Positions 31,328 through 43,146 of a stretch of 64,000 nt of DNA are shown here, one piece after another. The stretch's first letter is position 1. Each line of letters opens with the position of its first letter. The stretch is taken from assembly GCA_963781585.1 (NCBI GenBank), contig CAWAGQ010000006.1, positions 384,001-448,000 on the forward strand, in the 5' to 3' direction. A model generated the notes under the pieces. It was not told the DNA's origin. It saw nothing but the letters and a program-made list of their open reading frames with translations, and did no database searches. Source of the DNA: an uncultured Gemmatimonadaceae bacterium (GTDB taxonomy: Bacteria > Gemmatimonadota > Gemmatimonadetes > Gemmatimonadales > Gemmatimonadaceae). The translations under genes and the position numbers were made by a program.

Positions 31328-33166
31328 TTACTGGCTGAACGAAACCTGGAGGTTGTTGCCGACAATGCTGAAGCTGGGCAGGAATCCATTGACGCTGTTG
31401 CCCGTGAATTGAGCCGCCGAGAAGTTCGAGAGGTTGGTCGCCGTCAGAATGGTATACGGTGTGTCGAGCGCAAAACCGGCACCGCCCTTGAATGAGAAGG
31501 CTGCGGGACCCGCCGTCATGGCCAGGGTTCCCGAGACCACGAGACAGGTGGTGGCGGTGCCAAGGGTGGTCTCGATGACACCTTGCGCGAGTTCAAGGGC
31601 GCCGATCGTCAGGCTGGCTTGCTGATAATAGCTGATGTCCAGCGTACCGTTGCCGTAGAGTCCAACGGTCGCCGCGCCGCCGGAGGACCCCTGGTAGAAC
31701 GCGATTCTCCCGCCGGAACCGCCGTTGTAGCCACCCATGGCGAGCAACAGTGCATTACCTGCCGTCGTTGGTCCGCTGAATGAGGTCAGGCCTCCGTAGG
31801 GGCCCTGGGTGAGGGCGCCGAGGTTCACGAACGTACCGCTGGCGGCCGTGGGAATGTTGCTCCCGCTGGGGACCGTGGGAACGTCGCTCCCGCTTGCGGC
31901 CGGGGGAACCTTGGTCCCACTGCCAGCGGCGCTGTCGTCGGTGTACACGACAAACTCGGTGAGGCCTCCGGGAGCGCCGGCGCCCGTGCCGGGGAAGTTC
32001 CAGAAGGTGCCGTTGCCAGCGTTCGGAAAGAAGTTGCCCTTCGTTTGCGGGACGCTGATCGAGAAGACCGTGCGTCCGGCGCAGGAGTCCTTTCCGGAGA
32101 CGGCGCTGCCATAGTTGATGAACGTGCCGTTGGCCGCTGTGGGCGAGCCGTACCTGGCGGTGAAATAGGTATGACCGCCGCCTTGTTCACTCGCCTGGGC
32201 GCCATAGTTATAGAAGAAACCGCTGCCGGCCGACGATCCCGCTGTGGGGTCCATATAAGGCTTGTTGTTGTTGAAGCTGGTGACTCCGCCATTGCCCCCG
32301 GCGGCGGTGGCGGCATAGTTGTGGAAGTTGCCGTTCGCCGCCGTGGCAGTGCCGTCGAACGCCACGTCGCCGCCGTTCGCGTGGGGGACCGTCCCGCCCA
32401 GGTTGTGGAACACGCCGTTGCCCGCGCTCGCGGTGACGTAAAACTGCGTGTTGCCGCCATCGCAACCGTCCAGCGTCCCGCCGGCGTTTGTGAACACGGC
32501 ATTGGCCGCAGTCGCGGCATCGCGGAACACCGCGTTGCCGAACGTGTCACCCTTGTTCGCGGTGCTCGTGGAGCCGTAGACGGCGAACCGTGCGGTTCCG
32601 CCCGATGAAGAGTCGCAGAAGCTCACCTCGCCGCCCACCGTACTGTCGTTCTTCGGCGGCGCGCCCTCGCCGGTCGTAATGGTGAATGAGGCGGAGCCGG
32701 CGGTGGACGTGTCGTAGAAACCGATGACGCCCCCGCCAATGGCCGCGGGCGTGGCGGGACCAGAGACGTAGGAGACGCCGGGCCCTCCCGCGCTCGCCGA
32801 GTTCCTGAACTTCAGCAGCACCTGCGCATAGTCCTGGGCGGCAGACGCGACGACGAAACGCTGCGGGTTGGGGGAGTCGGTCGACACTCCGGCACCCGTG
32901 ATCGTGAGCGCCGGTACGGCGGCGTCGGGAGTGGTGAACGTGAACGTGTAGGGCGGTGCGTCGGCGGTAAACGCGATGCTCTCGACCGTGGCGTTACTGC
33001 TCGACGAAAAGACGATTCCCGTCCGGGAAGACGCGCCAAAGGTGGCGGTACTCGTGGGCACGCTGGCGGGGTTCCAGTTCGTCGCCGTGTTCCATTCGCC
33101 GGATGCTGGTTGCGTTCCCCAGGTGGAGTCTCCTGCGGCGGCGGACACTGATGGGCGATTGCTCAT
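31328..33166 (-). CDS. Gly/Ala/Ser/Thr-rich beta-helix-like repeat protein (autotransporter passenger-like)
   Basis: GAGGTGGAG before ATG 33166. W.TATNW start and about 10 repeats of F...(S/T)A(G/A)N(G/A).F.N.G. No signal peptide or beta-barrel seen. Confidence 0.75.
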   Translation of the reverse strand: MSNRPSVSAAAGDSTWGTQPASGEWNTATNWNPASVPTSTATFGASSRTGIVFSSSSNATVESIAFTADAPPYTFTFTTPDAAVPALTITGAGVSTDSPNPQRFVVASAAQDYAQVLLKFRNSASAGGPGVSYVSGPATPAAIGGGVIGFYDTSTAGSASFTITTGEGAPPKNDSTVGGEVSFCDSSSGGTARFAVYGSTSTANKGDTFGNAVFRDAATAANAVFTNAGGTLDGCDGGNTQFYVTASAGNGVFHNLGGTVPHANGGDVAFDGTATAANGNFHNYAATAAGGNGGVTSFNNNKPYMDPTAGSSAGSGFFYNYGAQASEQGGGHTYFTARYGSPTAANGTFINYGSAVSGKDSCAGRTVFSISVPQTKGNFFPNAGNGTFWNFPGTGAGAPGGLTEFVVYTDDSAAGSGTKVPPAASGSDVPTVPSGSNIPTAASGTFVNLGALTQGPYGGLTSFSGPTTAGNALLLAMGGYNGGSGGRIAFYQGSSGGAATVGLYGNGTLDISYYQQASLTIGALELAQGVIETTLGTATTCLVVSGTLAMTAGPAAFSFKGGAGFALDTPYTILTATNLSNFSAAQFTGNSVNGFLPSFSIVGNNLQVSFSQ

Positions 33167-33228
33167 GTTCTCCACCTCAGGCGATAAGGAGTTGAAAGGG
33201 AAAACTGCGGATCGCAACAAGCAGCGCC

Positions 33229-34404
33229 TCACCGCAGCAGGTCGAGCGCCGCCTCCTGCATCCGCCGCTGCGCTTCGGTTGCCGGGGTCGCGGTGTTGGT
33301 CGTGTTGAATACCGCGATCACCGAGAGCGTGCTCACCGGATCGAAGTAGTAGAACGACCGGAAGCCGGCCTGGCTTCCGGTATGGCCCAGAATGCGGTGG
33401 CCGTCGCGGTCGAGCACGAAGAACGCGAGCCCCATCCACTGGTGCGGTGCGGCCTCGTAGCTCTGCGACATCGGCTTCCCGGGTCGCCACATCTCCTCGA
33501 GACTCGACCGCGAGAGCACCACGTCGTACCGGGCCCGGGACATCCCTGGCAGGACGGCCCCGGTCAGGAAGGCCGTATACTTCACCAGATCGTTCACCGG
33601 TGCGTTCCAGGCGCCGTTAGGCGATGTGATCCCCGGATCGAAGTCGGCGCCGTTGTCCACCACCTGCGGCCGGCCCGCCGAATCCTTCCGGACGTAGTAG
33701 TTGTGTGACCGCTGGCCGGCCAGAAAATACGGCGTGCCGCGAAAATAGCTGCGGCTGAGGTCGAGCGGGGCAAAGATGTTCTTCTGGACGTACGCATCCC
33801 ACGGGTCGCCGGTGATCTGCTCGATGACGCGTGCCAGATAGATGAAGGCAGGGTTCGAATAGCTGTACCGGGATCCCGGCGGGAAGAGCAGTTCCTGGTA
33901 CGGCATCATGGCCACGAGCTGGTTCCAGGTCGTGGGCTCGAACGGTTCCCACGGCTTGCCATTGCCCCACGGCCAGGTGGGATTCTGGAATCCCGCGGTG
34001 TGCGACAGCAGCATGCGGATGGTGATGCTGTCGATCATGTTGTAGGGGTCGTGAATCTGCCGCAGCTCCGGCACCCAGCGCACGATCCGGTCGTCGAGCG
34101 AGAGCTTCCCGCGATCGCGAAGCTGCATGATCGAGATCGCAGTGAGCGACTTGGTGATCGAACCCCAGTGGAAGATCGTCTGGGAGTCGACGGCCGCGTG
34201 TGTCGCGCGGTCCGCGTCGCCGGTGTCGTAGCGGCCGATGACACGGCCGTTTTTCATGAGGACCACGCTGGCGCCCACCACCCTGTCGCTGTCGACGTAG
34301 GCCTGGAAGGTGTGCGTGAACGCGGCCCAGGTCGGCGGGGCCTGCGCGATGCCGATGGCGGGTGCGAGCGCGGCGAGCGCGGCGGCGCGATGGAGGGAGG
34401 TCAT
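33229..34404 (-). CDS. Secreted serine hydrolase, beta-lactamase family
   Basis: Signal peptide, GSITKS, LLSHTAG, YSYSN, GHTG. Confidence 0.93.
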   Translation of the reverse strand: MTSLHRAAALAALAPAIGIAQAPPTWAAFTHTFQAYVDSDRVVGASVVLMKNGRVIGRYDTGDADRATHAAVDSQTIFHWGSITKSLTAISIMQLRDRGKLSLDDRIVRWVPELRQIHDPYNMIDSITIRMLLSHTAGFQNPTWPWGNGKPWEPFEPTTWNQLVAMMPYQELLFPPGSRYSYSNPAFIYLARVIEQITGDPWDAYVQKNIFAPLDLSRSYFRGTPYFLAGQRSHNYYVRKDSAGRPQVVDNGADFDPGITSPNGAWNAPVNDLVKYTAFLTGAVLPGMSRARYDVVLSRSSLEEMWRPGKPMSQSYEAAPHQWMGLAFFVLDRDGHRILGHTGSQAGFRSFYYFDPVSTLSVIAVFNTTNTATPATEAQRRMQEAALDLLR

Positions 34405-34431
34405 GGGAACCGACGGCGGGGGAGCACGCGG

Positions 34432-35990
34432 TCAGGAAACCACAGCGTGTTGCGTGGCCCAGAGCGCGGCGGCGGCCCGGGTCGAAACGCCGATTTTCGT
34501 ATAGATGTGCTGGATGTGATGATCGGCCGTCTTGGCGAGATGTTGAGCCGGTCGCCAATCTGCCGGGTCGTGAGTCCCCGTGCCGCGAGCTGCAGTACGT
34601 CGACCTCGCGACGGGAGAGCCCGCCCGGATTTTTCGGGCGTGGGCCGGTGCGCGCTTTCGGCTCGCCGTGGCCCGCGGACACGAGCACCGCGCGGCTCGC
34701 CCGCGGCTCGATCACGCCTGACGACGCAAGCCGGCGCAGTTCGGCCGCGGCCTGCTCGGCGGAAAACGGCGGCCGGTCGGCTCGTTCGGTGGTCATCCCC
34801 ACATAGATCTCGGTCGCGGCAAGGACACCCGCACCGGGATCGATCGCCGCGGCAAGCACGCGCTTGTGGTAGCCGGATCCATCGCTCTTTTCGTGGTGCG
34901 CGCTGGCGACCGGGTTCAGGGCGGCCAGTGCCGGCGAACGCCTCAGCATCTGCTCGGTCAGCATCGGGTGCAGCTCGACGCGGTCGAATTCCGCACGGGT
35001 GAGCGCCGCTGGCTTGTCCCAGATGGAGTTCGGCACGCCGGTGGTGCCGAAGTCGTGCAGGAGCGCAGCCCTGCGGAGCGAGGCGACGGCGTCGTCGCTG
35101 AAGCCGAGCAGCCGGGCCGCGTCGGCGGCGAGCTGCGCGCAGCGACGGCTGTGTCCCACCATGTACGGCGACTTGAGGTCGATGAAGTCCGCCGCCACCG
35201 CGAGCGCGTCGTCGAGCTGAGCGCCACTCAAGATGCGATGTGGTTTCGGCTCGAGGTCGAGGACGGCATCCCACGGCTCGGTCTTCTCGAGCCGGTCGAA
35301 CCAGCTGGAGCCATGCGCGAGAAACAGGTCCGCGAGGACCGGGTCGTACGTGCGGTCCCGGCGGTCGCGGACGGCGTCGAGCGCCCGGGCCGGCGAGAAG
35401 ATCCGGCCAATCGACTCCATGTCGTGGCTCAAGTGGACGATCCGCATCGGCAACGGGATCGCGTCACCGCGCGCATGGGCAGGATAGCCATTGCCGTTCC
35501 AGCGCTCGAAGGTGTAGCGCAGCGCCTCGCGAACGTCCGGGCCGAAGTCGAGGCGTTGCACCAGCATGTCGGCCACTTCGCATCCCGACGCGAAGTTGTG
35601 CACCGCCCACTCGCGCGCGGTCTGTTGAATCATCTGCACGATCTGGTCGCGCTGATCCTGGGGATGGCCGGCCGTCGCGTAGGCAATCACGTCGCGCATG
35701 ACCTCGGCCGGATTCGCGGCGTCGTGCACCAGCGTCTGGGCGCGAATCGCGATCTCGTCGCCGAATACCGTGGCTACCTCGTGGGCGTGACCGGTGCAAC
35801 CGATGTACCGGAGGAGCGCCACCCAGTAGGTGGTCTCGCGCACTCTCCGTTCGAACCCCGCGGCCTCGCACATCCACGTCGCGAGCAGGCACGATCTGAG
35901 CTGCGATTCCAGCGGCTGACCGAACGCGTTGTCCTGCGCCAGGGCCAGGGTGGCCACGAATTCACCGAGACGAAGCGGCGGCGTGGAAAT
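34432..35990 (-). CDS. HD-GYP domain protein with C-terminal LuxR HTH; frameshift near 34535
   Basis: ERWNGNGYP, AALLHDFG, HHEKSDGSGY, GLSRREVDVLQLAARG. The HTH ends in another frame (KTADHHIQHIYTKIGVSTRAAAALWA, stop at 34432). Start uncertain: GTG 35957 or ATT 35990. Confidence 0.85.
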
Positions 35991-36006
35991 AGGGAACTCT
36001 CCCGAT
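35989..36006. promoter_or_regulatory. Putative LuxR-type operator
   Basis: Near-palindrome ATAGGGA-N4-TCCCGAT between the divergent regulator and binding-protein genes. Confidence 0.5.
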
Positions 36007-36108
36007 GCAGTGGCCTGCGGGCAGGCGCACCATGTATGCGACCAAAGCGCGCGTACCTAACGTCGCGCCGAGCGGATCCGGCAACGTACTTCCTGGAGGG
36101 GTGGACTC

Positions 36109-37224
36109 ATGACGGCATCAACGGCTCGACCAATCAGGGTGGGAGTTCTCGCGGACGAAACCGGTCCGCTCTCGTTCATCGGGCTCGCCAATGCCAACGT
36201 CGCCAGAATGGTCATTGCGGACATCAATGGCAAGGGTGGCCTGTTGGGGCGTCAGGTGGACCTCTTCCTCGAGGACAGCGCGACCGATGATTCGGTGGCC
36301 GCGGCCAGGGCGACGAAGCTGGTGGAGCACGACGACGTCGACGTGATCTTCGGCGGCATCTTCAGCTCCACGAGGCAGGCCATCAAGGGTCCGGCGGTCC
36401 GGAAGGGGAAGAAGCTGTACATCTATCCCGAGCAGTACGAGGGGCAGGAATGCGACCCGCTCATCTTCTGTACCGGCCCGGTGCCGGCGCAGCAGGTGGA
36501 CCCGTTCATTCCGTGGCTGATGCGGGAGACGGGAGCGAAAAAGTTCTACCTGCCGTCGGCGGACTACATCTGGCCGCGGGTGATGAACCGGAAGGTGCGC
36601 GGCGTGGTCGCGGCCAACGGCGGCGAGATCGTCGGAGAGGAGTACTTCCCTCTCGATCACGCGGACTACGGCGGGACGATCGCGAAGATCATGTCCAGCG
36701 GGACCGAGGTCGTGTTCAATACCACCGTTCCTCCCGGCGTCACGCCGTTCCTCGCGCAGCTTCATGACGCCGGCTTCGCGAAGCGTGGCGGGCACATCGT
36801 CTGCACGTACTTCGACGAGAACCTGCTGAACATGGTGCCCGCCGAGCACGCCGAGGGCATGTACAGTTGCCTCGACTACTACCAGGCCGTGAGCGATCCA
36901 TTCAGCAAGCGACTGCTCGAGCAGTACGACACGCTCTATCCCGGCAAGCCGCAGTTCACGGCCGGCAGTGCGTGTTCAGGTCTCTACCGGGGTCTCAGGC
37001 TCTGGGAGGCCGCGGTGCAGGAAGCCGGCTCGCTCGAGCAGCGCGATGTGATCAGCGCGCTGGACCACGCGAAGCTCGCCGAAGGGCCCGGCGGTCCCGC
37101 GGAAATGGTGCCGGGACAGCATCACGTTCGCATGAACATGTACATCGCCCAGGCCCACCACGGCCATTTCCGGATCATCAAGAGCCTCGGCGCCATGGAC
37201 CCCAGGGAGTACGTACAGGGGTGA
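36109..37224 (+). CDS. AmiC/UrtA-like type-I substrate-binding-fold protein, no signal peptide
   Basis: PIRVGVLAD.TGPL, INGKGGLLGR, GGIFSSTR, YPEQYEG, ADYIWPR. Confidence 0.88.
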   Translation: MTASTARPIRVGVLADETGPLSFIGLANANVARMVIADINGKGGLLGRQVDLFLEDSATDDSVAAARATKLVEHDDVDVIFGGIFSSTRQAIKGPAVRKGKKLYIYPEQYEGQECDPLIFCTGPVPAQQVDPFIPWLMRETGAKKFYLPSADYIWPRVMNRKVRGVVAANGGEIVGEEYFPLDHADYGGTIAKIMSSGTEVVFNTTVPPGVTPFLAQLHDAGFAKRGGHIVCTYFDENLLNMVPAEHAEGMYSCLDYYQAVSDPFSKRLLEQYDTLYPGKPQFTAGSACSGLYRGLRLWEAAVQEAGSLEQRDVISALDHAKLAEGPGGPAEMVPGQHHVRMNMYIAQAHHGHFRIIKSLGAMDPREYVQG

Positions 37225-37300
37225 AGCACGGCAGACGTCGTCAGGTCAGGTTCGCAACCCAGTCGCGCAAGCGACGACCCTTCCCACACCGGAGAGAGCC

Positions 37301-37573
37301 ATGATACTCGCAACAACGACCGTCGAGGATTTCGACCGCTTCATGAAGATCTTCTCGACCACGGGCGCGGACAAGCGCAAACAGCACGGGTCCCGGGGCG
37401 CGCTGGTCTTTCGCGATCCCAATCAGGCGGACCGCGTATGGGCGATCTTCGACTGGGACGAGAAGGGCTGGCAGAGCTTCGTGTCGGATCCCGCGGTGCC
37501 GCCGATCATGAAGGAAGCGGGGCACAAGGAAAGGCCGCAGGCGTTGACGCTCGCTGGCGAGTGCGGGGCGTAG
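37301..37573 (+). CDS. Small ferredoxin-like (ABM-like) hypothetical protein
   Basis: GGAGAG RBS. VEDFDRF...KRKQHGS.GA.VFRDP...FDWD. Confidence 0.7.
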   Translation: MILATTTVEDFDRFMKIFSTTGADKRKQHGSRGALVFRDPNQADRVWAIFDWDEKGWQSFVSDPAVPPIMKEAGHKERPQALTLAGECGA

Positions 37574-37639
37574 TGGATGGGTCCGTGCGGGGCGGCGCGT
37601 GGTCGTCGCCCCGCCGGATGTTCCACGCGCCGCTGCCTC

Positions 37640-41173
<3,534 letters not shown>

Positions 41174-41201
41174 TCAGCATCGCCCGATTATCATCGTGGC
41201 T

Positions 41202-42701
41202 ATGACGGAACATGCGGTGGTGATAGCCGGAGGCGGTCCGACGGGGCTGATGTTGGCGGGCGAGCTGGCGTTGGCGGAGGTCGACGTCGCGATTGTCGAG
41301 CGGCGCGCCAGCCAGGAGCTCATCGGCTCGCGCTCGGGCGGTCTGCATTCACGCACCATCGAGATTCTCGATCAACGCGGAATCGCGGATCGGTTCCTCT
41401 CGCAGGGGCAGAGGGCTCAGGTCGCCGGGTTCGCCGCGACCCGCCTGGACATCAGCGACTTTCCCACCCGCCACCCCTACGGACTCGGGCTGTGGCAGAA
41501 CCACATCGAGCGGATATTGGCCGGCTGGGTCGGCGAGCTGGAGGTGACGTTCTATCGCGGACGTGAGGTGACGGGCTTCGCGCAGGACGACGCCGGCGTC
41601 GACATCCAGCTGTCCGATGGCCAGTCGCTACGGGCGCAATATCTCGTCGGGTGCGACGGAGGACGCAGCCTGGTCCGCAAGGCCGCCGGCATCGAGTTCC
41701 CCGGGTGGGATCCGACGACGAGCAGCCTGATCGCCGAGGTCGAGATGACCGGGAAGCCGGAATTGGGCATGCGCCGAGACGCTCGCGGCGTCTATGGCCT
41801 CGGTCGCGTGGAGTACGAGATCCGCAACGGTGAGGTGGTCTACAAGGATGAAGGGACGGTACGGGTCATGTTGACCGAAGAGCACGTCGGCGCCGCGACG
41901 GATCCCACCATCCAGGATCTCAGCGAGGGCCTCATCGCCGTCTACGGGTCCGATTACGGGATCCACAGCCCCACCTTCATCTCCCGGTTCACCGACATGA
42001 CCCGGCAAGCCGCGGCCTACCGCAAGGGACGGGTGCTGCTGGCCGGCGACGCGGCGCACGTGCATTCCCCGGTCGGCGGACAGGGCCTCAACACCGGCGT
42101 GCAGGATGCTGTGAACCTGGGATGGAAGCTGGCCCAGGTGGTCCACCGGACGGCGCCGGAAAGCCTGCTGGATACCTATCATGCCGAGCGCCACCCGGTC
42201 GCTGCCCGTGTGCTGCGCACCACGATGGCGCAGGTCGCGCTCATGCGCGCCGACGATCGCATCGAGGCGCTGCGCGACACCGTGTCCGAGTTGCTGAGCA
42301 TGGACGAGCCGCGCAAACGATTCGCCGCGATGATGTCCGGTCTGGACATCCACTACGACCTGGGCGAGGGACACCCTCTGCTCGGACGCCGTATGCCCGA
42401 TCTCGACCTGGTCACCGCCAACGGCCCGCTGCGGGTTTTCACGCTCCTGCACGACGCCCGGCCGGTGCTCCTCAACCTCGGCGAGCCCGGCGGCTTCGAC
42501 ATCACTCCATGGGCGGATCGGGTTCAGTTGACCGACGCCAGGTACGAAGGTACGTGGGAGCTTCCGGCGATCGGGGCGGTCATTGCTCCTACCGCGGTGT
42601 TGATTCGGCCTGACGGGTATGTGGCCTGGGTGGGAGACCTGGCCCAGCTGGGGCTCGTCGACGCGCTGACCACCTGGTTCGGACCGCCTGCTGCGGCGTA
42701 G
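41202..42701 (+). CDS. FAD-dependent monooxygenase (PheA/TfdB/Rox-like)
   Basis: GGGPTG, VGCDGGRS, GRVLLAGDAAHVH.P.GGQGLN, LIRPDGYVAW. Confidence 0.93.
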   Translation: MTEHAVVIAGGGPTGLMLAGELALAEVDVAIVERRASQELIGSRSGGLHSRTIEILDQRGIADRFLSQGQRAQVAGFAATRLDISDFPTRHPYGLGLWQNHIERILAGWVGELEVTFYRGREVTGFAQDDAGVDIQLSDGQSLRAQYLVGCDGGRSLVRKAAGIEFPGWDPTTSSLIAEVEMTGKPELGMRRDARGVYGLGRVEYEIRNGEVVYKDEGTVRVMLTEEHVGAATDPTIQDLSEGLIAVYGSDYGIHSPTFISRFTDMTRQAAAYRKGRVLLAGDAAHVHSPVGGQGLNTGVQDAVNLGWKLAQVVHRTAPESLLDTYHAERHPVAARVLRTTMAQVALMRADDRIEALRDTVSELLSMDEPRKRFAAMMSGLDIHYDLGEGHPLLGRRMPDLDLVTANGPLRVFTLLHDARPVLLNLGEPGGFDITPWADRVQLTDARYEGTWELPAIGAVIAPTAVLIRPDGYVAWVGDLAQLGLVDALTTWFGPPAAA

Positions 42702-42742
42702 CGAACCGAGGTCAAGCGGAATGCAGGCGATAGTTGATCGGT

Positions 42743-42804
42743 CGCTCCTATTGACCGTTGCAGGGAGAACGGTTATCGTCTCCCTGTAACAGGCAATAGG
42801 AGCG
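42743..42804. promoter_or_regulatory. Twin putative PadR #2 operators forming a long inverted repeat
   Basis: CGCTCCTATTGACCGTTGCAGGGAGA ... TCTCCCTGTAACAGGCAATAGGAGCG: 26-bp arms with 3 mismatches, covering the RBS. Confidence 0.7.
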
Positions 42805-42808
42805 CACG

Positions 42809-43141
42809 GTGAGCCAGAGCAAGACCGATCTCCTGCAGGGCACGCTCGATCTCATCGTCCTCCGAATGCTCCGTGGACAGTCCGCGAACGGATGGGAGCT
42901 GACGCAATCCATCCAGGCCGTCACCAAAGGCGTTCTTGACATCAATTACGGGTCCATCTACCCTGCGCTCCGGCGTCTCGAGGCTCGTGGACTCGTCAAA
43001 GGCCGTTGGGCCACGTCCGAGAACAACCGGCGTGCGCGATTCTACGAGCTCACCGCGTCCGGCCGGAAGCAGCTCGAAACGGAGCGGCAGTCGTGGGAGC
43101 GCTTCGCGCATGCCCTCGGCCTCATCCTCGACCAGACCTGA
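42809..43141 (+). CDS. PadR-family transcriptional regulator #2
   Basis: DLLQGTLDLIVL, GSIYPALRRLE, SENNRRARFYELT. Confidence 0.95.
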   Translation: MSQSKTDLLQGTLDLIVLRMLRGQSANGWELTQSIQAVTKGVLDINYGSIYPALRRLEARGLVKGRWATSENNRRARFYELTASGRKQLETERQSWERFAHALGLILDQT

Positions 43142-43146
43142 CGATC

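Noticed and set aside
15163..34404. The two beta-lactamase-family genes as antibiotic resistance genes
   Set aside because: The motifs fit general serine hydrolases/esterases; nothing indicates a true beta-lactamase class.
36055..36062. ACCTAACG as an attC end
   Set aside because: It lies in a divergent promoter region with no attC arm; more likely a promoter element or near-match of the octamer.
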